Source: Paraspadella gotoi | Lineage: Eukaryota; Animalia; Chaetognatha | NCBI GenBank assembly: GCA_051294375.1 | Contig: CM119269.1 | Coordinates: 15,635,918-15,699,917, forward strand | Direction: 5' to 3' | Length of the DNA stretch: 64,000 nucleotides | In this document: positions 1 through 12,940 of the stretch, piece by piece | Layout: each line of letters begins with the position of its first letter | Position numbering within the stretch: position 1 is the first letter of the stretch | Translations under genes and position numbers: made by a program | Notes under the pieces: model-generated | Seen by the model: the letters and a program-made list of their open reading frames with translations, nothing else | Database searches by the model: none | What the model was told of the DNA's origin: nothing

Positions 1-84
1 TTTTTAAAAAAATAATAAGAGAGGAGAGGAGAGAGAGAGAGAGAGAGAGAAAGAAAAGAAAAACCGAATTTCTTTCCAATTATA

Positions 85-1625
85 TCTCAGATATAAATTT
101 GGGATTTTGTATTGAAAAAAAAAGCGCGGAATAAATGGCGATAATAAAAGTTTTGAGAAGGAAAAAAATAATCAGAATTTTTCAAAAAACGAACGATCGT
201 ACAGAGTGAGAGAGACAGAAAGACAGAAAGAGAGAGAAAGAGAGACAGAAAGAGAAAAAGAGAGACAAAGAGACAGAAAGAAAGAGAAAGCTGGAAGCCA
301 GCTGAACAGTCACTGCAGAACCTGAACTCGTTTTTTAAGGGTTCAGAAAAAGCAGCAACTGCCAAATATAAGAATTTTTTTTTTTTTTTTTTAAAACAAA
401 GGAACTGAAGCCAAATATAAGAAAGAAAATCTATATATAATTTAAAGAAATAAAAGAAAGGCAAAAATATGTTACAATTGTTTACAATTGGAAATTTTTC
501 CAATTTTTTCCAATCGCAGCTTGTAAAAGATTTAATTTATATTTGTATTAAAATTAAGATATAGCTTCTCATTAAAAAAATCCTTTGAGTTCCCATTTTT
601 ATTAAAAATTTAAAACAAATTTTTTGAATTTCATCTTCAATATTATATACTGCAATATGTAAATTAGATTAAAGCATTTCTATATACTAATTTGGATATT
701 ATAAGGAGTACTTTAATCTCATTTGCATATTGCAGTAAATCATAATGAAGTGGAAATTCAAACAAAAAATACTTAAATCCAAATGTAATATGAAAATATC
801 ACAGCTATTTCAAGATGAAAAGCCATATCTAAATTTTCTAACTTACTATGATCGCACACTTTTGTAAAACTTTATCATAATTATCGAGCCATGACCGGCG
901 AAGCCGGTTCAGGCTCTATAATGTTTTAGGTTTGCTTCTTTGTGAGTAGTCGTCGTCGTCGTCGTCGTCGTCGGCGTCACGCTGTTTTTATATAAAAACT
1001 ACTACGCTTTTATAGGTTTGGCTGTAACTTACCGTTTTTTTTAAATAAAACTTATTATGAATTATGATAAAGTTTTACAAAAGTGTGCGATCAAAGTAAG
1101 TTAAAAATTTAGATATGGCTTTTCATCTTGAAATAGCTGTGATATTTTCATATTACATTTGGATTTAAGTATTTTTTGTTTGAATTTCCACTTCATTATG
1201 ATTTACTGCAATATGCAAATGAGATTAAAGTACTCATTATAACATCCAAATTAGTATATAGAAATGCTTTAATCTAATTTACATATTGCAGTATATAATA
1301 TTGAAGATGAAATTCAAAAAAATTTTTTAAAATATAATAAAAATGGGAACTCAAATTATCTTTTTAATGAGAAGCTATATCTTAATTTTAATACAAATAA
1401 AAATAAATCTTTTACAAGCTGCGATTGGAAAAAATTGGAAAAATTTCCAATTGTAAACAATTGTAACATATTTTTGCCTTTCTTTTATTTCTTTAAATTA
1501 CATATATAATTTTTCTTTTTTAGAGAAAACGAGTTCAGTCTCTGCAATGACTGTACAGCGGCCCTCCAGCAGCTGTCCAGCTTTGTTTCTCTCTGTCTGT
1601 CTCTCTCTGTGTCTCTCTCTGTGAC

Positions 1626-1656
<31 letters not shown>

Positions 1657-1762
1657 GTGTGTACGATTTTTGCGTGATCGTTCGTTTTTTGAAAAAATTC
1701 TGATTATTTTTTTCCTTCTAAAAACTTTTATTATCACCATTATCCCAAATTTACATCCGAGA
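85..1762. repeat. Large inverted duplication (arms ~85-882 and ~1060-1762; 177-bp spacer)
   Basis: Segment ~420-882 is a near-exact reverse complement of ~1060-1520; the outer parts match with indels. Further partial copies at ~2140-2250, 2390-2560, 2690-2770 and 3030-3140. Confidence 0.9.
881..985 (+). mobile_element. Helentron/HINE-like element head (family 3)
   Basis: TTATC-GAGCC ATGA CCGGC GAA GCCGG TTCA GGCTC hairpin, then TATAA and a (GTC)n microsatellite. Same layout as families 1 and 2. Confidence 0.55.
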
Positions 1763-2308
1763 TTTTCGTGGATTTATTTTAGAAAAAGTGAAGAATAACT
1801 CATACGTCAGAAATTTTACGCTTCTCTCCATTTCTCTCCGTCTCTAACATGATTGTTATTAAAGAAAAAAATATATAATAAGCAAATAGCATTTTAATAC
1901 AGATTTACATTGCCAGAGGAAATCTTTTCATACTCTGTCCAATGTTGTTGAGCGAAAAACCTTAAATTTTTTTCAACATTTGAATATGCCGGATTGTATG
2001 CTATATGCCGATCATTTTTTTACTGCCTATTTTTGCCGGTTTATGGTTTAAACTACCAAACAATGTATCTAGTTATCAAGTTCCATTAGTGAGGCAGTGA
2101 TGAATTTGAAATGTGTGTCCATTTTCTTTGTTTCATATCGATTCAAGTATTTTTTGTTTGAATTTCCACTTCATTATAATTTACTGCAATATGCTAATTA
2201 GATTATAGTACTTACTGCAATATCAAATTAATATATAGTAAACTATATTTTAATTTGGCGACGAGTAAACGAGTTCCGCCTATGCAGCGTCTGTTCAGCT
2301 TCTTCTCT

Positions 2309-2368
<60 letters not shown>

Positions 2369-2960
2369 TCTTCTTTTCTGTCTCTTTCTCTCTTTACGAT
2401 CTCTTGCGTGATCGTTCGTTTTTTTGAAAAATTCTGATTATTTTTTCCTTCTAAAAACTTTTATTATCGCCATTTATTCCGCGCTTTTTTTTTTTCAATA
2501 CAAAATCCCAAATTTATATCTGAGATTTTCGTGAATTTTTTTGAGAAAATGTGAAGAATAACTTACTTGACCGTTACGTGTATAATAGGATCAAACTTGA
2601 CCGAGATCACGCCGCCGTTGCGAGGCAACGGATAACCGATATAATTGGAAAGAAATACGGTTTTTCTTTTTATTTCTCTCTCTCTCTGTCTCTCTCTGAT
2701 TATTTTTTTCCTTCTAAAAACTTTATTATCACCATTTATTCCGCGCTTTTTTCTCTTTACCTGGATTTCGTGGCCGTTGCGGAAAGACGAGTAAACAATG
2801 TCAAGGAACATGACCTAATAACGCGATAACGCGATATTATTATTATTATTTGGAAGTCAAAAATATCATAGTCGTTAACTGAGTATTTTCAACTATATAT
2901 TTTGTTAATAGGGATTATAATTTTTCAATGTACAAAAAATTTCTTATATGGCTTCTTCTT

Positions 2961-2991
<31 letters not shown>

Positions 2992-2994
2992 TTC

Positions 2995-3042
<48 letters not shown>

Positions 3043-3207
3043 CCTTCTAAAAACTTTTATTATCGCCATTTATTCCGCGCTTTTTTCTCAATACAAATCC
3101 CAAATTTACATCCGAGATTTTCGTGGATGTTTTCCTAAAAATTCTGATTATTCTTTATATAAACGAAGAGACCTAAATAATGCGTTTCATTGGCGGGAAA
3201 ACTCCAG

Positions 3208-3243
<36 letters not shown>

Positions 3244-4674
3244 ATCGTTGTTAAAAATTCAAAATTCTTTGCTTTCTCAGATATTTTTTATAATATTGAT
3301 TAAATAATGTTTTAAATCTTTTCTTTAGATACAGGACAGTAAGAAACTACCTCATTTTTTTAGTTCCAGAGCTTTTATAATTCAGTAATCATTATTTTTA
3401 AAATTATCTACTCACCTAATTCATATTACTTTTTTAATTGATTTAATAATAATTTATTGAATAAATAGCAACCGTTTTGTTCTGGCTTAATGATTTAATC
3501 GCTCATAACTTCAAATAATAAAATTTAAATATCAAATTAATTCGCATATTTTTATTAATTTTTATTTATTTTTTAATATTTGTCTATTTATTTAAATTAA
3601 TACCTTTATTTTATATAAATTAAAATTTAAATAATTTATATCTATTTAAAATATTTTTTACATAATTTTTTAAAAAAAAATTTATTTTAAAATAAAAAAA
3701 ATTATCTAAAAATTAAAAAAGTGAGAAATGAAGACTCATTTAAATTGAATATTCTGCCAAGAAAAATTGATAAAAATTGAAATCGAAATATAGTATCATA
3801 AATGGTAAGAACTTATCTTTGACATTGTTATCTCAGAAATAAGATTTAATAATACAGTTCCGCACAATATGTAAAAGTTAACCGACAGTACCATTGGGAC
3901 ACACTGTACACTAGCCCGGAACAGGTTGATAAACTAGAAGTTCTCTCAAATAAATATGTAACAGTGACTGTTAGAGAAATATGAAATAAAATAATTTTAA
4001 AAAAATTATTTCATTAATAAGCGCACGAAGCCTTAAAGAATTATTTTTATTACTAACATAAGCGGTTAAAATTTTTTTTTAATTTTCATTTTTGTGATAG
4101 ACTTCTGAATAGAGCTTTAAAAGTTAGATAAGGTTATTAATCAGAATTTTTAAAAATTTTTTGATTTATTGATAAAAATTTTAACAAAACCATAAAATTC
4201 AGCCAATGATGATGATGATGACTCGAATTTTAACATTTTTTGGTTTTAACAATTCTTGTTCAAATTGTGTAAAAAAATTGTAGTACTACACTTTCCATTT
4301 AACTTTTAAGCTCTATAAGAACTCCGTTGCTTAAAAAATAATTGTTTTAAAAAAAATTTTTTGTCATTGTTATATATTAATAACATATTTAAAGCTTCAG
4401 TGTAAACAACCCAATGAACTTATTCCAGAAAAGTTGTCATTGAAAATCGATTAAGTAATAGAAGAAAAAGCCAATTTTTTTTGAGAGAATTAGAAGTTAT
4501 AAAAAGTGTTCAATTTTGGCCCGCCTTAACTGTACACAGTGTACAATAGGGTGAAGTGAAAGTTTGGAATCAAAATTTAGCAGTTATATCTTGAAAACTT
4601 ACATATTAGTAAATACTAATCTGTAGTTATTTTTTTTTTACAAATATAGTAGCCCATCAGCTTAATTTTATATA

Positions 4675-5377
4675 TGTAGTCGGGCATTGCCTAGGTTCAG
4701 CCCGCCTAGAAACATGACGCCTTTCAGTTGTGACCCTGGTTGGCTCATTGAGTAAAAGCCATCAGCTCAGGACTACTAGGTACGCGGGTTAATCCCAACA
4801 CGGTACCTACTCTGCGGGAAGCGAGCGACGGCCGTAAGCCGCCTTGGGGCATGGCAAACCCTCAAGCCTGGTTCAAGCCCAGGACCGTTCCATGGCTGCT
4901 AGAGGGGTTATAGAAGTTACGGGACAGTCATCTGTCCAGCCCACGAGCGCCTTATCCACACTGGTGAGCCCATACTGTCGAGCGTATCCAACCCTCTGAT
5001 TCCAGAGGCCCTTGGTCTAGCTGAAGATTGCTCACCTTGCCCCTACACTGGAAGCAGTGCTATGGGTGGGTTACTAATCTGGGGGGCATGTAGTCGGGCG
5101 ATGATAAGGCTATCACCCCGCCTTAGAAACATGACCTTTAGTTGTGCAACCTGGTGGCTCATTGAGTAAAGCCATCAGCTCAGGACCATTAGGTACCGGG
5201 TTCAATCCCAACACGGTACCTACTCTGCGGGAAGCGTGAGGACGGCCGTAAGCCGCCTTGGGGGCATGGCAAACCCTCAAGCCTGGTTCCAAGCCCAGGG
5301 ACCCGTTCCATGGCTGCTAGAGGGGGTTATAGAAGTTACGGACAGTCATCTTCAGCCCACGTAGCGCCTTATCCACA
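4675..5377 (+). mobile_element. Complete TRIM (non-autonomous mini LTR retrotransposon) with a tRNA-like sequence in its LTRs (Helenus-like)
   Basis: Direct repeats at 4675-4960 and 5089-5377 both run TGTAGT...CCACA. The 128-bp interior starts with a PBS-like TGGTGAGCCC (4962) and ends with a G-tract (5081-5086) before LTR2. TATA target duplication at 4671-4674 and 5378-5381. Confidence 0.88.
5149..5220 (+). other. tRNA-derived Pol III promoter cassette in TRIM LTR2 (second copy at ~4733-4807); not an intact tRNA gene
   Basis: A-box-like TGGCTCATTGAG, B-box GGGTTCAATCCC at tRNA spacing, anticodon-loop-like CTCAGGA and AGGT variable loop. Stems are imperfect. Confidence 0.75.
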
Positions 5378-6462
5378 TATATAGTACTACCTTTATATAA
5401 TGTCAAAATTTTAAAATGTTTTTTTTTAATTCTGAGAAAAGATTCAGATTCCTCGTTAAAAGTTGATAAAAGAAAATATAAATCTTTTTAAAAAAAAATT
5501 ATGTCATTAAGAAGGTTAAAATTATAAAAAATTATATTTTTAAACCGGAAATTAAAAATCGGTGTCTTAAATATAGTTTTTTACATTTTTAACCAACTTA
5601 ATGAAATAATTTTTAAAAAAGAATTATACTTTCTTATGTTAACTTTTCAAGGAATCCAAATCCGATCTTAAATTTTTAATATTTGCAATTTGAAATTTTA
5701 GCCTATTATATATTTAATACTATATATAAATATAGCTCACTGGTGCCCACCAATGTATAAAATTTAAAAATAAATTTACCAAAGTATTTTTATTAGTTTT
5801 TATTTTCATGTTTTTTATGCTAAATTTTAATTTTCTAAAATTTTATCATTTTCACATCACTCTACTGTACAATATACAATCTACCTTCTACAATTCTGCA
5901 ACTGCGAGACGTCGAGTCGTCCAGAGGTCATTACCTTCGGCCACACGCTAGCAAAAAGAAGGAAAAAAAAGAAGCCTGGTAATATGCAAATGAGTTTCGG
6001 AGTGGTGGTCTATAGATCCCACGGGATTGTTGAGCGGTCGACGCTGAGGCTATCGGAAGATGGATGGAGGTGCAGGGCGAGCGGGGGGTGGTGAGTGGGG
6101 GGGGAGACAGAGAGACGAAGGTTTAGGTGCTAAAAGTATGGCCTTGGCTTGAGCGAGGAACCTCAATGAAAAAAAAAATATTAATGACATTAGGATAATG
6201 GGGGATTAAGTCTCTCGAAAATGTTTTGATTAGGTCTGTAGTTAGTATAATGTTAAAATGAAAATGAAAAACAGTTAGAGCTTAACATTCTTATTTGGTT
6301 GAGCGATTCGTTGACTTCCGATATACGCGACCGAGCCTTAAATAGGGAACGACTGAAATACCGACGTCAAGTCACCAAATCTTCGTTCGCTTGGTCTCCA
6401 TCCAGCCACGACGACACGCCCATCCTCCCACCGTGACATCCGCGTCCACAGATGATTTCTCG

Positions 6463-6530
6463 ATTCTGTCACGATTCTGTCACGATTCTGTCACGATTCT
6501 GTCACGATTCTGTCACGATTCTGTCACGAT
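6463..6530. repeat. 11-bp minisatellite (GATTCTGTCAC) x ~6
   Basis: Directly visible tandem repeat. Confidence 0.9.
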
Positions 6531-6802
6531 CCTCAGCGATGAAGCGACCGACTTTTTTTGATAAGAAATCGATCGGATTTTCGCGGAATCGAACGCGCAA
6601 AGTCCTGATGAGCGAAACGGCCGTCGGTGGTCGAGTTTTGTGGTCGTCGTTGTGGTCAGCGTCGTCGTCGTTATCGTCGTCGTCGGCATCTTGTCTTTGG
6701 TTTTATATTCGAAGATTTACGTATATTTAATTTAGTTTCTCATTATTGTTATTATTTATCAGAAGAATAACGATTAGAATGTGGAGACTAAAGACTAAAG
6801 AC

Positions 6803-6888
<86 letters not shown>

Positions 6889-7759
6889 TGAATTTGAATT
6901 TATTCAATGGGGCTTTAGGCACAAAATAAAACAATAGGCCATAAAAAGCTACTTCATTACATTTAAGTCTACGAATTTAGGCATTCATCATGAAATCTTT
7001 CCAATTTACAATTTATGCATGTAGAGAGAGAGAGAGAGAGAGAGAAAAAGAAGGAGAGATAGAATCAAAATTAGAATAAGAGTTATACAAAAACAAATTA
7101 AAAATTGCTGAAGTTTTAGACAACAATCTCGGGCCTTCAAAACTTACTTCACTAAGGACAGACGCATATTTCTCTTCCCTTCAACCGAAAAGTTAAGACG
7201 AATTTCCAGTATCTCAAACAGATCATGAAAAAAATCCAAACAAACAAAATAACTTAATTGAATAACGTTAAAAAGAGTGTAAATTATATGAACCGAAAAA
7301 AAAATGTTCTTATCAAAACAGCGAATGAAAGACGTGAATGGTTCAACTTTGTCTCTCTAATCGGAAACGGAAGTCGGAAATTAAGTCGCGATTTTGTGGA
7401 AAAATCGAATTCGGAAGCGGAAACGAGCGAAATCGGTCGAGAAGAAGGAGGGGGGAGGAGGAGGGGGGGAAAAGCAAAAAGGGGTTGATTCAGGAAGGGC
7501 GGGGGGGGTTCTAATACAACCAGCGACTTGTAGAGAAATGGAAAGGCCCCACAATTTCGGGTGAAAGTTCAACCCCTAATGCGGAATACTTTACAAGTCT
7601 ACATTACATTCCTTGTGAACGTTGTGATCCTTGTCGTGATCATCATGACCATCATGTTCACCATCGTCATCGTAATTGACATTCGCTCAAGGTTTTTCGA
7701 TCATCTTCATTATCAAGTGTTTCGATCTTTAAGATCGTTCAGCGTGATTCCTCTCTCTC

Positions 7760-7870
<111 letters not shown>

Positions 7871-10107
7871 CTCTCCTTCTCTTCTCTCTCTCTCTCTCGT
7901 CTCTCTCTCTGTCTCTTCCTCTCTCTCTTTCTTGTCGCTCTAGGACTCTACCGCCACGAAAGCGTGACCAGAATTATCCGGAAACAAAAAAAAATATTTT
8001 GAGAAACTCATCAGAGGCGGAGAGTCACCTCGCTGCTGCTGTCACCAAAATGGGAAAAAGTAGTGAAAACTCCTTTTCGAGATTCTATGCAGTAGAAACA
8101 TTGACTATTTTAAAAAAAATAAAAATAAAGCTAAATTTGAGAGAGAAAAGTGGAGAAATAGGGAGGTAGATCCAGAGAGGCCCGAACAGTAACAGAAGTT
8201 TTTTGAGGAAAAATAAACTAAAAAAAACAGTGTCTTTTCAGTAAAAAAGCTGTCTTTTCCGTTTTTTTTCGTCTAAAACGCAAAATTCAGTGTAGGGAAA
8301 GTCACTAACACCTGATCCCAACAAAAGAGCAGGTGCAGAGAGAATGTTCGGCGGGGCTGGAGGGCGGGGTCCGTCCATGGAAAGCATTTTTTCTCTTCAA
8401 CTTCGTCGCTGTTTTCTTCGCTTAAAGAATTCATCTCGTGGAAACAAAAATAGAAAAACCGTAAAAACTAGGAAAACGATTTTTTTAGGCGTAAACTTCC
8501 GAATATAAAAACTACCGTTCACTTCGGGAAGGAATTAATTTTTATTACCAAACGTATTACCAGTATACTACCAGAAACAGAAGACATTTTAGCTGAAAGT
8601 GTGTTAAATTTTTTATATTATATTTATACGCATAAATGATATTAACTTTACCATGTTGGAAACTAAAAACTTTTATTATTTTAGAGGTACAGGAATAATG
8701 TTGCCAATAATGTCAATATCTCAACAAAGGAAACTAATAAGTGTAAAAATGTGAATTTCGTATTACGGCAACACGCAAAGAACATTAAACGTTGGCAAGT
8801 TAAGAAACGCTTTCCAAGCCCTTCAAGTGGCTTACACTCTCGCACACATGTCGCGCTTCATATTTTTAAATTACCTTTTGTTTTTTCGGAACTCAAGACG
8901 AGAATCACCGTGCCCCGGGGAACGCGATGACCCCAGCGGGCCTCCTTTCGAGAACCCTCTCAAGGGGCCCAGGCAAGGAGCCCCCAAAGGCCCCTGGGAA
9001 CGGACCCCCGGGGCGGTGGACGCCGGAGCGAGGGGACGGCGATGAAACGCCCCCCTCCGTATCGAGATCGAGACTTCTTCGAATCTCAGTCGTCCTCTGC
9101 CGGCGAAGAACTGAGAAAAGGAAAGTAACAGTTTTAAAGAAAAGAGCATTTTATTTAAACATATTTCGAGTGATAGTAATTATTGAGCATTGTCCGATTT
9201 ACTGTTTTCTAAAATGCATTGTGTAAAATCACTCTGGCTCATGGTATTCCGACCCGCTTTATGAATAAATACAATAGGGAATTACAGAAACAGCGTATGA
9301 GTTCATGAAACGTAAATGATAAATTAAACAAATTTGCATATGAATAATAATAATAATAATAATAGATATAAAGCCATTTTATTTTGTGTTACAGGGGAAA
9401 AAGCATGAACGACGTTCTTACAGAGCTAATCGATAGAGTGGATCTCTCTTTCAGCTCTATTCCTCAGACAAATAGAGACGGACAGACGGACACTTTAGGC
9501 AGCCCGAGAGACTTATTTAAACAGGACGATTTCAGTTATTCCGGACGAATTCGAATTGAAAGGAGGTAAAGTGCCGGTAAAGTTAAATTTACACTTTTTT
9601 TAATAGCTATGCATGTATTTGACCTACTTCGATCTTCGTTATTGTATCATTGTAAGAAAGACGAAAATTCTCTTTGTGAAAAAAAAACTATTTATCATTT
9701 CATTATTTCTTTAAACTCACCAAGTCGCTTTAATGTCAAGCAAAAAAAAAATTTATAAAATGAAAAAAGTTTGCGTGGTTCGTATTTCCGTGAAATAAGA
9801 ATTCATTGATGGGGTGAAAAATATGGGTTAATTAAAATCAAACATAGGTTGGGCCGATATGGAAGGCGACCGACTGAGAAGAATGGCGATTGAGTGAATG
9901 AGGGATGGCTTTATGGGAGAAGAGAGAGAGAGAGGACGAAAGAGAGAGGAGAGAGAGAGAGAGAGAGAGAGGAGTTGATATTATTTAAGGATACTTGTAT
10001 GTTTGCTTAACGTAATTCAATAGAAAGAGAGAGAAAAAAGATGAGAGAGACGAGAGAAGACAGGAGAAAAGAAGGAGAGGAGAAGAAGAGAAGAGAGAGA
10101 GAAAGAG

Positions 10108-10141
<34 letters not shown>

Positions 10142-10225
10142 AGCGAAAAGGAAGATAGAGAAAGGAAATCGGGACAGGGTTTGGATTTGAGCAAATACTA
10201 AGGATTCTCTCTCTCCTCCTCTCTC

Positions 10226-10297
<72 letters not shown>

Positions 10298-10949
10298 CGC
10301 AAATCCAACGCCTGAGGAGAAAAGAAATATTATCCGTTGAGAAAAAAAAATGGTAGAATTTATAAAAAAAAAGTTCTTTATCGTTCAATTTCTTTAAAAA
10401 AAAATAGTCGCATTCGATGACGAAACATAAAAACAAAATGGAGGAAAGAAAAATGGAGGAAATAAAAAAGAGAAAAGAAATGAAAAAGAAAAGAAAAGAA
10501 GTGAAGATAAAAAAAAAAGAGGAAAAATATTCTCACCTGGTTCCACGTCGGATCGTGGGCCCTTGAATGAGCGGTTACCCCTTCTCAGCGTGGGAGGACG
10601 ACGATGAAGACGACGACGACGACGACGACGACGAAGAAGAAAAAACCGGAAGCAGAGACTCGAATTAAGCGGCGTCCGCGAACGTTCAGACGACGAAGGA
10701 AGATTTTCTAACGATAACCTTATACAACTTTATTAATCTGTCTTCTGGATCTGGGTGAGAGAGAGATGTAAAGAATGATGTGACAGATGGGGGGGGGCGC
10801 TATTTCGTGGTGGGAGTGGGGGAATTTTTCTTTTTCGAATTCCAAAGAAAAGTGAAAAGGAATCAGCAATTTTTCTCTCCCGCTCCTGAAACGACATTAA
10901 TTGGCCATGGCTCAGGTTCAGAAAGGGAATAAGATAGAAAGAAAAGAAG

Positions 10950-10994
<45 letters not shown>

Positions 10995-11577
10995 AGAGAA
11001 GAAGAGAGGAGAGAGAGAGAGAGAGAGAGACAATGAGACGCTAATTTGACCGCCTAGCCGTCGGTCATAAGTGAGGAAACTGGGTCTTGGAAGGAGACGA
11101 AAAAAAAAGCTGACTGAAGAGGGAAGCACGAAGGAGTAGGGTGATCGAGGTGAATGGTCGGAGTGTTAGGGTGTTTCAAAAACCCTTTATTTAAAATGCA
11201 TGTAATGTTTAAAATGATTATAAATCGTAATACGTGGATTCGAACTCAATCTTCGCGCGGCCAATATAAAATTGTCGAAATTAGTATGTATAATAAAACT
11301 TATTTTACTAGAATGATTTGAATTAAAATCAAAAGGAGAAAAAAAGGAGACGTGAACGAGAAAAACGGAAATTGGAAAAAAAAAAAGTGAATGAGGTGTG
11401 AAAATGAATTTGAGAGAAATAAAATCGCGACGACGAATGAGAGAGAAAAAAGAGAAAAGAAAAATGAATGGCATTAATTATAGAAGCGATGAGAGAATTC
11501 AGGGACAGGAATGAGATTATGAGATCTAATAAGATCTAATAAGATCTTTTTAGTCTCGTGATAATTTCCCTTTTCGT

Positions 11578-12466
11578 ATATCTGTAAAAGTTGTTAAAAG
11601 GACCAGTAGTCTGTTAAATACCTGTAGAAATATCTGTTAAAAATATCTAGTAAAAGTTTAAAAGGGATCAGTTAGTTCTTTAAATAACCTGTAAAAAGTC
11701 TGTAAAATATCTGTAAAAAGTTTTAAAAGGATCAGTAGTCTGTAAATACCCTGCTAAAATATCTGTAAAATATCTGTAAAAGTTTTAAAAGGGATCAGTA
11801 GGTCTGTAAAATACCTGTAAAATATCTGTTAAAATATCTGTAAAAGTTTTAAAAGGGATCAGTAGTCTGTAAATACCTGTAAAATAATCTGTAAAAGTTT
11901 TAAAAGGGATCAGTAGTCTGTAAATACCTGTAAAATATCTGTAAAATATCTGTAAAAGTTTTAAAAGGGATCAGTAGTCTGTAATATCTTAATCTGTAAA
12001 ATATCTGTAAAAGTTTTAAAAGGATCAGTAGTCTGTAAATACCTGTAAAATATCTGTAAAATATCTGTAAAAGTTTTAAAAGGGATCAGTAGTCTGTAAA
12101 TACCTGTAAAATATCTGTAAATATCTGTAAAATTTAAAAGGGATCAGTTGTCTGTAAATACTGTAAAAATATCTGTAAAATATCTGTAAAAGTTTTAAAA
12201 GGGATCAGTGTCTGTAAATACCTGTAAAATATCTGTAAAATATCTGTAAAAGTTTTAAAAGGGATCAGTAGTCTGTAATACCTGTAAAATATCTGTAAAA
12301 TATCTGTAAAAGTTTTAAAAGGGATCAGTGTCTGTAAATACCTGTAAAAATCTGTAAAATATCTGTAAAAGTTTTTTTAAAGGGATCAGTAGTCTGTAAA
12401 TACCTGTAAAATATCTGTTAAAATATCTGTTAAAAGTTTTAAAAGGATCAGTAGTCTGTGAATACC
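11578..12466. repeat. Tandem array, ~61-bp unit x ~14-15, built from 11-bp TATCTGTAAAA subunits
   Basis: Consensus TATCTGTAAAAGTTTTAAAAGGGATCAGTAGTCTGTAAATACCTGTAAAATATCTGTAAAA. No unique spacers. Confidence 0.95.
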
Positions 12467-12875
12467 TTGGAGTCCTTTTCTGCCTTTTAATACAGCGTTT
12501 TGTGCATTTGTGATTGTAAACTCGATAATTCCGATGGTTGTGAGAACGCTCGATAGCATTTTTGTATTTTTTTAAACTTTTTTAACTTCAGTTTTACGTA
12601 AACGTTTTTAAAATTTGAATGAGGAAAAAAAAACGACTACGACTCTGTGAAAAAATCAAAATTAGCGTTTCACTGCTGCTCTCAGTTCAGTTCACCTCAG
12701 TTCAGTTCAGTTAAATTCAGTTAAATTCAGTTCAGTTCATTCAGTTCAGTTCAGCCATCTTATGTTTTCTCAAAAATCAATTACAAAAACTTTAGACATA
12801 CTCATCTTTTAAAAAAAACAAAAACAGAAATTACCACTCGATCACTCTGAGTCAGAGAACTAATTTAGTAATGCA

Positions 12876-12940
<65 letters not shown>

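Larger units (their letters stand above)
4544..5867. mobile_element. Tc1/mariner-type foldback MITE (~620 bp) interrupted by the TRIM
   Basis: TA|CAATAGGGTGAAGTGAAA ... TTTCACATCACTCTACTG|TA. Degenerate inverted similarity continues inward on both sides of the TRIM. Confidence 0.7.

Noticed and set aside
3905-4535. Another degenerate foldback MITE next to the 4544 element
   Set aside because: Only patchy internal inverted matches (AGAGCTTTAAAAGTTA/TAACTTTTAAGCTCT); ends and TSD cannot be fixed.
5149-5220. Functional tRNA-Leu(CAG) gene
   Set aside because: Acceptor and anticodon stems are poorly paired, the long Leu variable arm is absent, and the sequence sits inside LTRs.
11578-12466. CRISPR-like appearance of the regular array
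   Set aside because: Units are head-to-tail with no unique spacers, there are no cas genes, and the context is eukaryotic.
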